From: Mobula hypostoma | Taxonomy: Eukaryota | NCBI RefSeq assembly: GCF_963921235.1 | Contig: NC_086109.1 | Coordinates: 18,912,001-18,976,000 of the forward strand | DNA length: 64,000 bases | Direction of reading: 5' to 3' | In this document: piece after piece, positions 26,702-39,425 of the stretch | Position numbering within the stretch: the first letter of the stretch is position 1 | Layout of the letters: each line of letters starts with the position of its first letter | Notes under the pieces: generated by a model | Database searches by the model: none | What the model was told of the DNA's origin: nothing | What the model saw: the letters and a program-made list of their open reading frames with translations, nothing else | Translations under genes and position numbers: made by a program

Positions 26702-27944
26702 GTTGGATGATCAGCCATGATCGTACTGAATGGCGGTGCAGGCTCGAAGGGCCGAATGGCCTACTCCTGCACTTATTTTCTATGTTTCTATGGAACAGGT
26801 TGCTCTGTTAAGTAAGAGGCTTTCAAATGTGAAATTTTGAGAGTATAGATATTTGAATATTTCTGTCAGGAAAAAAAAGGCAAGGGTAACAGGTTGAGAG
26901 TACCTTGGTTTTTGAGAGATATTAAGACCTCGATTAAGTAAAAGAAGGAGGTTCATAGCAGATATCGACAGGTAGGAACGAATGAGGTATTTGGTGAGTA
27001 CAAGAAATACAGGAGAACAATTAAGAGGGGCATTAAGGTGAAAAGGCAGCATGAAGTTGCTCTAGCAGACAAGGAGAAGGAGAATCCTAATGGTTTCTAC
27101 AGATTTACTAAGAGCAAAAGGATATCAAGGCACAAAATTAGTCCTCTGGTAGATCAGAATGGTCATCTATGCATGGAGCTGAAAAAGATGAGGAGATCTT
27201 AAATGACTTTTTTTGCATTTGTATTTACTCATGAGATGGACGCAGAGTCTATAGAAGTGAAGCAAAGCAGTAGTGAAGGCATAAACCCTATACAAATTAC
27301 AGAAGAGGAGTTGCTTGCTGTCTTGAGGCAAGTTAGGGTGGATAAAACTCCAGAGCCTGACAATATGTTCCCTTGGACCCTGTGGGAGGCCAATACAGAA
27401 ACTGCAGGAGCCCTAGCAGAGATATTTAAAACATCCTTAACCACTGGTGAGGTGCCAAAGAACTGGGGGATAGCTAATGTTTTCCGTTGTTTAAGAATGG
27501 CTTTAAGAGCCAGGAAATGAATAAGCTGGCGAATCTAACATCAGTAGTGGGAAAGTTATTGGAAGGTATTTTAAGGGACTGGATAAATAAGTATTGTATA
27601 GACAAGGACTGACTAGGGATAGTCAACATGACTTTGTATATGGTAGGTCATGGCTAACCAAACTTTGAGTTTTGCAAAGAAGTTACCAGGAAAATTGATG
27701 AAGGCAAAACAGTGGATGTTGTCTACATGGACTTTATCAAGGCATTTGACAAGGTCCTGAGTGGGACATTGGTGAAGAACGTGCAGTTGCTTGGCATTCA
27801 AAATGAAGAAGTAAATTTGATTAGACATTGGCTTTGGGAGAGAAGCCAGAGAGTGGTATTAAATGGTTACCTCTCTGACTGGAGGCCTGTGACTAGTTGT
27901 GTGCCATAGGGATCGGTTCTGGGTCTGTTGTCGTTTGACATCTA

Positions 27945-29534
27945 CAGTGCCTATTAAAATATTCATCCCCCCCTTGGAAATTTTCATGTTGTATTGTTTT
28001 ACAACATTGAATCACAGAGGACTTTATTTGGCTTGTTTTGACACTGATCAACTGAAAAAGACCCTTGTGTCAAAAAATGAAAACAGATCTCTACAAAGTG
28101 ATCTAAATAAATTACAAATATAAAATGCAAAATATTGATTGCATAAGTATTCATCCCCTTTAATATGACTCCCCAAAACTTCACTGGTGTAGCCAATTGG
28201 CTTTAGAAGTCACATAATTATTTAAATTGAGATCACCTGTGCGCAGTCAAGTTTTCAATTAATTGTGGTAAAAATACACCTGTAACTGGAAGGTCTAACT
28301 GCTGGTGGGTCTGTATCCTGGCAAATATACACCATGAACACGAAAGAACACTCCAAGCAACTCTGTGAAAAGGTTATTGAAAAGCGCAAGTCAGAGGATG
28401 GATACAAGAAAATTTCCAAGTCAGCTAAGTCAATCATCAAGAAATGGAAAGAATATGGCACAGCTGTAAATCTGCCTAGAGCAGGCCATCCTCAAAAACT
28501 GAATGACCGTGCAAGAAAGGGACTAGTGAGGGAAGACACCAAGAGACCTATGACAACTCTGGAGGAGTCACAATCTTCAGTGGCTGAGATGGGAGAGACT
28601 GTGTATACAGCTGTTGCCCGGGTGCCTGTGCATACAACTGTTGCCCGGGTGCTTCACCGGTTGCAAGTTCAGAAGAGAGTGGCAAAGAGAAAGCCACTGT
28701 TGGAAAAAAAACAACTTACCTGAAATCTTGGCTAGAGTTTGCCAGAAGACATGAGGGAGACTCTGAAGTCAGCTGGTTCTATGGTCTGATGAAACCAAAA
28801 TTAAGGTTTTTGACCATCAGACTAAACATTATTACATCATCAAAGCCCACTATCCCTACAGTGAAGTGTGGAGGTGGCTGCATCATGCTGTGGGGATGCA
28901 TCCTTTCAGCAAGCCCTGGAAGGCTTTGAAGGTAGAGGGTAACATAAATGCAGCAAAAAACAGGGATATCCTGGAGAAAAATCTGATGCAGTCTGCGAGA
29001 GAATTGCGACTTGGGAGAAGATTTGTTTTCTACCAAGACAATGACCCCAAGCTCGAAGGAAAAACCACACAGGAATGACTTAAAAACAACAAACTCAATG
29101 TCCTTGTGTAGCCAAGTCAGAGTCCAGACATCAATCCAATTGAGAATTTGTGTCTGGACTTGAAAAGGGCTGTTTACTCGTGACCCCCATGCAATCTGAC
29201 ATATCATGAGCAGTTTGGTAGAGTGGGGAAAATTGCAGTGCACAGATGTGCAAAGCTGAAAAAATTAACTATCCACACAGACTTGAGGCTGTAAATTGCT
29301 GCCAAAGGTGCATCTACTAAATACTGAGTAAGTAATTATGAAATCAATTATTTTGTGTTTAATAATTGTCATAATTTAGAGCAATTTGTAGAGATTTGTT
29401 TTCATTTTGACATGAAAGTGTTTTTTCTGTTGATCATTGTCAAAAAAGCCAAATTAAATTCAGTATGATTCAATGTTGTAAAACAATAAAGCATGAAGAC
29501 TTCTAAAAGGGGTGAATACTTTTTATAGGTACTG
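27945..29534 (+). mobile_element. Tc1 DNA transposon (Passport-like) with decayed transposase and long TIRs
   Basis: TA-CAGTGCCTAT...ATAGGTACTG-TG ends, with ~200-bp imperfect inverted termini. MNTKEHSKQLCEKVIEK...KWKEYG..NLPRAGHPQKL; catalytic WSDETK, QDNDPK and SPDINPIENL. Confidence 0.92.
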
Positions 29535-31217
29535 TGTATCAATGATCTGGATGATAATGTGGCAAACTGGTAGAAGAAAGGAATCTGGGAATACAGATCC
29601 ATAATTCCTTGAAAGCGGCATCACAGGTAGCTAGAGTTGTAAAGAAAGTTTCTTGTATGTTGGTCTAAATAAATCAATGTATTGAGTATAGGAGGTGGGA
29701 TGTTAAGTTGAAATTGCATAGGACATTGATGGGGCCTAATTTGGAGTATTCTGTCAAGCCTCAGTCACTTACCTACAGGAAAGGTGCAAATAAGATTGAA
29801 GGAGTGCAGAGGAAACTTACAAGAATGTTGCCAGGACTTGATGACCTGAGTTATAGGGAATGGTTGAATTGGTTCGGACTTTATTCCCTAGAACGTAGAA
29901 GATTGAGGGGAGATTTGATTGAGGAATACAAAATTATGAGGGGTAAAGGTAGGGTAAATGCAAGGCAGCTTTTCTCACTGAGCTTGGGTGAGTCTACAGC
30001 TAAAGGTCATGGGTTAAGGATGAAAGGTGAAATGATTAAGGGGAACCTGAAGTTGAGAGTGTGGAATGAGCTGTCGATGGATGCAGGTTCCATTTCAACA
30101 GTTAAGAGAAGTTTGGGTAGGTTCATGGATGGGAGAGATATGAAGGCTATGGTCTGGGTGAAGGTAGATGGGACTAAGCAGATTAATAGTTTGGCATGGT
30201 CTGGATGAGCTGAAGGGCTTGTTTCTTTGCTGTAGTGTTCTATAACTCTATGTTGCAATCATAAACATACAACCAATTGTCGTAGAAGTGCAAATTCCAA
30301 GGATGTTACGACTTATAAGTTGTTAAACAAAATGGGTTTTGTAATATGTTTTATTGCGCTTCCAGAGACTACAAAAAGTTTTTCTTCTAGATATTCTGAC
30401 AAGTAATATTAATGCCAAAAGTGCAGTAAAAGATACAATGCATTAGTACAGTAATACTCGTGTGCATGATGCGAGGCTATGAAAACAAATTTAAAACTCT
30501 TAAGTGCTCAAATTTCAAGGAAGTCTCCATATAAACAAATAAATCTTCCTTCAGCAATGGAAGTAACTAGATCTACTGCCAGATTACATTCCACTGTTGT
30601 CACTGTGATGCTGATAAAAACTTTAGAAGGAGCTATATATATTTAATGAACATGTTTGTTCACAGCTGTGTTGGGAGTGACTTCAACATGAAGCAGTCCC
30701 TTATCAGATATGGTGTGAATTAATAATATGTGGGTTCTATAATTAACTCATTCATAGGGTGAGCTGAAAATGGGCCAACTTGGATTTGGTATCTCTCCCT
30801 CAAGGTGATGGTGACCTGAGCTTCCAACTTGAGCCCCCAAAGTCAATGTACTGAAAGTGTTACCATAGTGTTGCTTTTAATTAGGAGCTTCAGGATGTCC
30901 ATTCTGCAACCAGAATGGACCAGGGCCAGATGATGCATGGATGAATATAGCAGTGTCAGATTGTCATTCTCCTGGTGCCCCTCTATTTCAGGACAGATAA
31001 GGTCTTTGGTTTAGATGGTTAGATGGTGCTAATGGAGGAAGCCTTGATCAGTGCTACAGCCCTTTTTGGAGGTGGTACATATGGAACTGATGATGCTCAG
31101 CAGGTGAAAAAAAAATCAATGTTTGAATTGTGTGCTAAAGAAGCAGGCACTGAATTTTGGTCATAACCCTTAGACCTTGTTTTAAAATCACTCCTCTCTT
31201 CCCCCACATTTGTTGTT

Positions 31218-31555
31218 TAGACCATAAGACCATAAGATATAGAAGCAGAAGTAGGCCATTCGGCCTATTGAGTCTGCTCTGCCATTCAATTGTGGGCTGA
31301 TCCAATTCTTCCAGTCATCCCCACTCCCCTGCCTTCAATGCCCTTTGATGCCCTAGCTAATCAAGAACCTGTCTTTCTCTGCCTTAAATACACCCAATGA
31401 CTTGGCCTTCACAGCCACTTGTGGCAACAAATTCCACAGATTTGCCACCCGCTGACTAAGTTAATTTCTCCGCATCCGTTCTAAATGGATGCCTTCAATC
31501 CCGAAGTTGTGCCCTCTTGTCCTAGACTCCCTTACCATGGAAAATAACTTTGGGA
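31218..31555 (-). mobile_element. CR1 3' end
   Basis: AGACCATAAGACCATAAGATATAG tail and GGCAACAAATTCCACAGA. Confidence 0.75.
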
Positions 31556-32225
31556 TCCCAGAGCAAGTGTGAATTCATCAACAGCATTTCAAACTCAAAA
31601 ATCCTATCTTTATTGGTGGGAGGAAACCAGAGCAGCAGAAGGAAAATTCACAGTCATAGGGAGAACATGTGAACATCGTGCAGACAATGTTGGGGGCTGG
31701 GATTGAACATGGATCACTGGCGCTGTGACACTGGTGGCTCTGCAAATTATTTCCCGATGCTGACCAATTCTTGTTTGTCTTGTAGATCTTGTCAAGGTGA
31801 TGTTTATGGAAGATACTTAAATGCTTCAGTATTTGAAGGGAACTTAACATACTATTTCTCTGTATTTTCTTCAAAACTATTCCATTGTCCATGAAGCAGG
31901 ATACTTCAGAAACCACTTTAAGTGGTGTGATTCTTCCCCCTAGTCCCAACATTTTTCAGTTCCCAGTTTGCTTATCCAACCAAGTGCACCAGTTTCCCAA
32001 GTTAAAGTTTACTGTCATTCAACCATATACATGTATACTACCAAAGGAAATAGCGTTCTGCTAGACCAAGGTGCACAACACAAAGTGATACTACCACAAA
32101 TAAGTTAATAAGTAAGGTGGTGTATGTACGGCACAAGTTTTGTATACAATATTTCCAAATCTCTAGGTTAACAGTTCAATTGTTGACGAACACACTAATA
32201 TTTGCAGAAGCAAACTATATTCATA

Positions 32226-33220
32226 CAACACAAATTCTGTAGACGCTGAAAATTCAAAGCAACACACAAAATGCTAGAGGAACTCAGCAGGTCAGGCAGC
32301 ATCAAAGACCAAGCAGTTGAAGTTTTGGAACGAGATGCTTCTTTGGGTCTGGAAAAGAAGGGGGAAGATACCAGAATAAAAAGATGGGGGAAAGGGAAGG
32401 AGGATAGCTAGAAGATGATGGGTGGAGCCAAATGGGTGGGAAAGGTAAATGTCTGAAGATGAAGGCATTTGATAGGAGAGGAGAGTAGATTGGGAGAAGG
32501 GGAAGGAGGAGAGGACCCGGGGGAAGTTGATAGGCAGGTGAGAAGAGGCAAGAGGCCAGGGTGGGAAATAGAAGAAGAGGGGAGGGGGAGGGAATTTTTC
32601 CTTGCGGGGGGAAAAATAATATTCAGGGCATCTGGTTGATGACTACACAAAAGGAATTCAAGATGTTGTTCCTGCACCCAGAGGGTGGTCTCATCATGGC
32701 AGAAGAGAAGGCCGTGGACCAGCATGTTGGAACAGTAATTGGAATGGGAATTAAAACGTTAGACCAGCAGGAGGTTCCACTTTAGGTGGATGGAGCGGAG
32801 GTGCTCGACAAAGCAGTCACCCAATTTACAACGGGTCTCACCAATGTAGAGAAGGCTACATTGGGAGCAATAGACAACCCCAGCAGATTTGCAGGTGAAG
32901 TGTTACCTCACCTGGAAGGATTACTTGGGGTCCTGAATGGAGGTGAGGGAGCAGGTGAATGGACAAGTGTAGAACTTGGTCTTCTTGCAGGGATAAGTCC
33001 GGGAGGGATTGATTGACAAGGCAATCACAGAGGGAGTGATCCCCACAGAAAGCAGAGTGTGGGGTACCAACATAGAAGTGGCTGCATCGGGAGCACTGAA
33101 TACTGACCAATGTAGAAAAGGCCACATCGGAGGCACCAGATACTGACCACTATAGAGGAAGCTGCATCGGGAGCACAGGATACTCGCCAATGTAGAGGAG
33201 GCTGCATTGGAAGCACCTGA
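32226..33220 (-). mobile_element. Older PLE 3' fragment
   Basis: Colinear with 1631-2550 (RTYPCKKTKFYTCPFTCSLTSIQDPK; CHDETTLWVQEQHL) and has the same tail. Confidence 0.8.
33067..33220. repeat. 40-bp tandem repeat x~4 derived from the PLE CxxC-YIG codons
   Basis: Units start at 33067, 33107, 33147 and 33187 (CCAATGTAGAGGAGGCTGCATCGGGAGCAC...ATACTGA) and resemble 32841-32869 and 2272-2310. Confidence 0.8.
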
Positions 33221-33852
33221 CATATTCATACTAAATGCATCTCAACTAAATGCCCTTAACATAAGAGTGGAAGAGAGAAAAAAGTACAAACTTTTGCTTG
33301 CATGTTTGGTAGTGAACATGGCAAGACAGAAGAAAATAAAAAGAGTTGGGGTCAAGTCTATCCAGTTTGCTTCCAACCATCCAGACCCTTGCGTGATCCA
33401 ATGGTTAATTAGTGACCGACCTCTAATAGTTTACTATAGATTCCAGATGTTGCATGTGGAAGATTCCAAATGCTGGTGAGGTTTCTAAACCACTGGTGTT
33501 AAGTGACCTGCATTTTCAAAGTATACTGTACCTAACATTGTCTTAAATTACTTAAGGATTATACCATAGAGTGCAATATTGCTTAGTTTTCACATTATTG
33601 CACAGAATACAGCATTGATGGCACGTTTCACTTCTGAAGGCTGTTGATCTTGTTTACTTCCACTTAAGACAAACTTGTTTATATTTTTCTTTCAAGTTCC
33701 CTAATATTCCCTTACTAAGTCAGATACAACTCAAGCTCTTATTGATTACACATTAATTCTGTTTTATGGAAGCAGGTTCTGTATTGTACTTTGTTTGATT
33801 CTCAACCTTAAAAATTGGTACCACCAAACAGCAGCTTCTGCTCACAGGCAAA

Positions 33853-34406
33853 TATACTCACTTTATTTGATACGCCTGTACATCTGCTCGTTAATACAAA
33901 TATCTAATCTGCCAATTATGCAGCAGCAACTCAGTGCATAAAAGCATGCAGACAACGTCAAGAGGTTCAGTTGTTGTTTGGACCAAACACCAGAGTGTGG
34001 AATAAATGTGATCTAAGAGACTGACTGTGGAATGATTGCTGGTGCCAGATGGGGTGGTTTGAGTATTTCAGAAACTGCCGATCCCCCTGGGATTATCATG
34101 CACAACAGTCTTGAGAGTTTACAAAGAGTGGTGGGAAAAAAAAATCCAGTAAGTGTCAATTCTGTGGGTCAAGATGTCCTGTTAATGAAAGAAGTCAGAG
34201 GAGAGTAGCCAGATTGGTTCAAGCTGGCAGGAAGGCGACAGCAACTCAGATAAAAACTCATTACTACATAGTTGTGCAGAAGGTAACCTCTGAAAGCACA
34301 ATATGTCGAACATTGAAGTGATGGACTAAAACAGCAAAAGACATAAACTCAGTGACCCCTTTATTAGGTGCAGGGGGTAACTAATAAAGTAGCCACTGAA
34401 TGTACA
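33853..34406 (+). mobile_element. Internally deleted Tc1-like element
   Basis: N-terminal transposase relic GMIAGARWGGLSISETAD...RLVQAGRKAT; CACTTTATT / AATAAAGTAGCCACTGA termini. Same family as 38195, 46228 and 50288. Confidence 0.75.
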
Positions 34407-34972
34407 GTATATCAGTCTGAATATTAGCAACCTGCTCAGACCGTGTCTATATGGTTTTCGAATGTTGAATTTGACCAAAATACTAAGTTTTCTATTGTAT
34501 ATTTTGGATACAAAAACATGCAAGTATTAGCTGATGAATTTCATGAACTTTCACCATAGAAAAGATCATGATTTGCTTGTCTCTCTCCCTCATATTCTCT
34601 TCCCCTTTTCAGGTTAACAGTATATGGCTTCTGTACAAGCATGCTGTTTTAATCAATATTTGATATGGCTATGTATGATTCAGAGTCCTTTTATAGAACA
34701 CATCTTCTAAGTAATTAATGAAACACCTACCCAAGATAATCTGCTCTCTGATGATACTTTGCATAATCGTGGGTAGTTAGTTCAGGATCATTGAGTAAGA
34801 TTCTTTCAGTTTGCCAGTGCTCTTCTCTTCCATCGTCAATCTCATTGTGACCAGTGATGCGGGTATTTCAGCTCTTTGTGAGGATGTGCAAGTAGGGGAG
34901 GGCTATTATTACAAAAGACCCAGAGTGAGAATTAATTCTGTTCCCCTTCTATCAGACAGTGACACTTTGGAG

Positions 34973-35051
34973 CAGGCGTTCCCAATCTTGGGTCCATGGA
35001 CCCTTCAGTTAATGTAGGGATCTATGCTATAAAAAAAATTGCGATCCCCTG
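34973..35051. mobile_element. 79-bp hAT-type MITE
   Basis: CAGGCGTTCCCAAT...ATTGCGATCCCCTG with a perfect 8-bp TSD CTTTGGAG (34965-34972, 35052-35059). Confidence 0.8.
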
Positions 35052-36429
35052 CTTTGGAGCCATGTGGGCCAAAGCATCAGTTTTGTTTCTTGTTTTCTCT
35101 TTTAATCAATTAGGCTGAGAGGTTTCTTTGCTGTGGAATGCATTGACTGGCAGGTTTTGAATTCAACCATGGTTAAAGCTGAGGTTTCTGTTAATAAACT
35201 TTGGTTGTTTTCTTTGCAAACAGTAGCAATTGTGCAGCTCTAAGGACACAGTGGACCAATGACCCTCATGGTAGCCAGGAATCCTTACCCATATCCCCAT
35301 TAATGCTTAAATGAATAAGCAGGTAGTCTTACAGAGAAAGGTTTGACAGCTTAGTCTTCTATACACTGATATTCATGGAAGGGGAGTAGAGGCTTAATTG
35401 AAGCATTAAATCCAGTGGTATCTTGAGAGGTTCGGTATGGTTAATAATACTTTCTTTTTTGGAAGAATCCAGAAATCGTTCGTTCATTATATGCCATGTC
35501 ATGACGTGGGCAATCATGATAATCTTTCCATGACCATGATTGTTCTTGGCAAATTTTTCTAGGGGAGTGGCTTGTTATCACCTTCTTCTGGACAGTGTCT
35601 TTACAAGACGGGTGACCCCCCCTCCCCCCCCAGCCATTATCTATACTCTACTCTTTAGAGAATGTCTGCCTGGCAACAGTGGTCACATAACCAGGACTTG
35701 TGATATGTATCAGCTGCTCATACGACCATCCACCACTTGCCCCCATGGCTTCATGTGACTCTGACCGAGATCTAAGCAGATACACCACCTTGCCCAAAAC
35801 CTGATCTGCAGGCTAGCCCCTTTCCTCCCTCTCACCCACAAACAGTCCTCCAATCCCAGGGAGGGCTGCCTCTGGTGGACATGGACTTGCAGACTTCAAG
35901 CCTCCAACTTCCCCAGTGGATTCACAGACTTACAGATCCAGGGATTCTGCCATTGGGCCTCACTTTCCAGACTCACTGACTTTGATCTTCAACCTTTGTT
36001 CTTTGGCATTGACCCCAGTACTCACTAATAATGTGACCCTAAACTCCAGTCCTCGAACTCTGGACTTACACCCTAACCTATAGGGTCACTGGCCCTCATG
36101 CCTCCTGCCTGCATGGACCTCTTATCCCACAATTTGCCAACCTGAGAGGACTGACCTACCTTGGGAGGGAGTTAGTGAACCAGTCTCTGTCCTTACTGGA
36201 CTTCGTCCACAGCAGTTGCCAGCCCAACTAACATTTTTTGCTGCACATCTATGTATGTCACTAGCTTTCAAGCCCAACAGAGGTCTCTATCTCCCTCACA
36301 TCCCTATCCCTAAACCCTAACCTGGCTCTCAACTCCCGTCTATCCCTAAAACCATCCCTACGAATCTAAGAAACATATTTGAGCCACAACCTCATTGGAG
36401 ACACATCTCAGAGCCAACTTGACCAGATA

Positions 36430-37020
36430 CACATGTATAGCTAGGGTGCCTAAGACTTTTGCACAGTACTGTACTTGTCAAGGTGGAGCAGAGAGCAAGT
36501 TTGCAAATCTGGTGGGAGCAAAGGATGTTGAGAATGGCAAAGGTGGAGCACGGGCTGGAGTGGTGTGGAACAGATGGCAGAGGAGTGCCAGGGGCAGGAG
36601 AGAGTGTGGGTGCAGACACACCCAACCCTGAGACACCAGGCAAAGTAATTTTTTTTATTATTATTAATTTTTTATTGCAACAACAAAAAATTACATTTAA
36701 TACAGCCAAGTGCATTTAAGGTAATTTGATTCCAAACAATTGTTTTATCAATCATTACAGAATGTCTCTCTGCTTCCTGCTCCTTCTCCTCTCCCCTTTT
36801 TCTAACCATGATTTTCCCTCTCACTCTGCCCCTTCCCACTTTCAGTCCACAACAGGGACCCATATCAGAATCAGGTTTATCATCACTCACATAGGTCATG
36901 ATTTCTTTTTTGCAGCTACAGTACAGTGCAATACCAAAAATGGATGCAGTGGTGTGCAGTAGTCTTGGGCACCCCAGCTATACATATAGTATGTGCCCGA
37001 GACTTTTGAACAGTACTGTA
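36430..37020 (-). repeat. Composite interspersed repeat, copy 2
   Basis: Reverse complement of 6735-7307. Confidence 0.65.
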
Positions 37021-37599
37021 ATCCAGACGAACATTGGACACACCCCATATGATTTGTTTGAGGTGGTAAACAAAGACGATCTGGATGCAAATTCCTGTGG
37101 CTCTGTTTGATCGTTTGGGAGTGCTCCATTTACTGTAGTGAATGCAGTCCTCAACCAACATCACCCAAGCAAGGCTGGTTAGCTGTTTGCCGAGCATTGT
37201 TGTGTCACTTTGCCAATTGTTGGGAAAGTAACGAGATGTCAAAAAAATAATTGGCTGTAAAATGCTGTGGAAAGCCCTGAGGTCCTAAAATCACTGGGTT
37301 GTAAATAATTTCAAGTTCATATTAAAGTATAAATATCGGCAAATGCAGAAAAATGATTAAAATCTAGTGTTTATCATAATTCTTAACATAACAGAGCAGT
37401 GAGCACAGGCAAAGGCCTTTAGCTCAATGCCTGTACCAGCTATGATCCCAATTGTCCGCATTTGCTCTGCTCTCCACTTTACTAAGGACCTCCCGTACCT
37501 AAGGAACTGACCACTGAGAGTATGTTCATGGTCTTCTGCTACCGAGGCCCATCCTCTTCAAGGTTAGCCCTGCTGTGCAATTAGAGTCTCTTCTCTTCC

Positions 37600-38175
37600 A
37601 ATCTTTTTATTAATTTTCAAAATTATAAACATAACAATATTAATGAACAGAGATTGGGATTACAATATTAATAATTGACATTACAAATATAGCATTGGTA
37701 ATAATACAGATGTATAAAGTTTCCCGAACTCTGAATATAATTGAACATGATAGAGGGATAAATGAGAAAAAATCTAAGAAAACCCCAAATTAGAAAAGAA
37801 AAAAAATAACCGAAACTAAATGAAACTTTAAAAACAGAACTATAGAAAAAAAAAGACAGGCTAACATATTACATTGGATAGAATCATTATTGTCATTAAC
37901 TCCACTCATCTATCTGTGTATTTAAGTTTATAAAAAAAATTCAAAAAGGTCAAACTACATCATATGGAAATATTGTATAAATGATCTTCAAGTTTGTTCA
38001 AATTTAATCGAAGGGTCGGAGGTGCCACTTCTAATTTTCTCTAACTTTAAACAAGATATAGTTTGAGAAAACCATTGGAATCTGGTAGGAGGATTGACCT
38101 CTTTCCAGTTCAATAAGATAAATGTTCTAGCCATTAATGTTACAAAAAGCAATCATCCGACAGGCTGAAGGGGAT
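37600..38175 (-). mobile_element. L1-clade LINE 3' end
   Basis: Minus strand TLMARTFILLNWKEVNPPTRFQWFSQTISCLKLEKIR, then a U-rich UTR and TTAATAAAAAGA. Confidence 0.7.
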
Positions 38176-38194
38176 TAAAAAAAAAAGTCTTCTA

Positions 38195-39425
38195 CTCACC
38201 ACTGTTGCAATGTGTGATTATTTGAGTTACTGTTGCTTTTCTGTCAGCTTGGATCAATCTGGCCAGTCTCTTCTGACCTGTGTCATTAACAAAGCCTTTT
38301 CACCCACAGGACTACTGCTCATTGGATTTTTTTTTTTTTTTTTGCACCATTTTCTATAAACTCTAGAGACTGTTGTGTGTGAAAATCCCAGGTTATCAGC
38401 AGTTTCTGAAATATTCGGACCATCCTGTCTGATACCAACAGTCATTCCACAGTCAAGGTCACTTAGATCAAATCAAGTTTAATTGTCATTCAAACCATAC
38501 ATGGATACAGCCAAAAAAGATGGTGTTCCTCTGGGGCCAAGGTGCAAAAGCATACAGGTGCATTGAAAGTGGGGAGAAAGGGGGGAAAAAAGAACAGTCA
38601 CAAAAGAAAACATTTTTAGTCCAAGACCCTGAGCGACAAGTCCAGCCCAGCCTATAATTCCGCCAATCCAACACAAGAGGGCAGTACCGATGGGAGAGAC
38701 CACCATCCCACCAAGCCTAGGCACCAAGCTATGACACAAGCCCACAGCTTAGGGCCTAGTCCTTGCTACAACCAAGGAAACACTGCAGCCTCCCCACCAA
38801 ACATCAAGTCTGTGGAAATCAACATCCAACAGAGTCTCGTAATGGCAAAAGAAACATCAAAGAGAGTAACTCTCGGTTTCGCTACTCACTGCCTTCACGC
38901 CAACGCAAAGACACCAACTCTGGTGTCTCCAAGTAGTAAGCAACAGCATGGTATGCACCAGATCAACTCTTCTGAACCCACTTTGTCTCCTCCTATGGCC
39001 CAACTGGGATCCCACAGCCTCACAGCCGACTCAGCTTCTCTGAACTGCTGGCCAGGTATTACAACACCGCAGCCAGCAACTCCAAACAATGAGCAGCTCA
39101 CTGATGCAGTTACCTGCTGTACTCATAGTTATCGGAGCCAAGAATAGTCTTACTATGTATAAAAACACACCTAACAAAGATAAAAGCACCTTTGGTTGGT
39201 CCCTGAGAAGCCACTGTGTGTATACACTCTGCCATTATACCAGAAGTCCCAAGTCTTCCCCATTTCTTCCCCATTCTCATGATGGTCTAAACAACAACTG
39301 AACCTCTTAAACCTGTCTGCATGCTTTTATGCATTGAGTTGCTGCTACCTGATTGGCTGATTAGATATTTGCTTTAATGAGTAGCTGTATATTTGTACCT
39401 AATAAAGTGGTCACTGAGTGTATGT
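38195..39425 (-). mobile_element. Tc1-like non-autonomous element split by a ~790-bp non-coding insertion (~38471-39260)
   Basis: ISETADNLGFSHTTVSRVYRKW on the minus strand; terminus AATAAAGTGGTCACTGAGTGTA at ~39401-39422. Confidence 0.7.

Larger units (their letters stand above)
22521..26790 (+). mobile_element. Young, near-full-length CR1/HER1 LINE
   Basis: CpG-retaining 5' UTR, ORF1, ORF2 and a TTTCTATGTTTCTA tail; only a handful of stops and frameshifts. Confidence 0.95.
21720..30250 (+). mobile_element. Older CR1 LINE ORF2 remnant hosting nested insertions
   Basis: Endonuclease motifs (ISETW ~21809, GDFNFPH ~22107). DLASV continues as WNRLL across the young CR1. DVVYMDFIKAFDKV at 27712; IY continues as INDLD across the Tc1; 3' part at 29708-30208. 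Confidence 0.85.
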
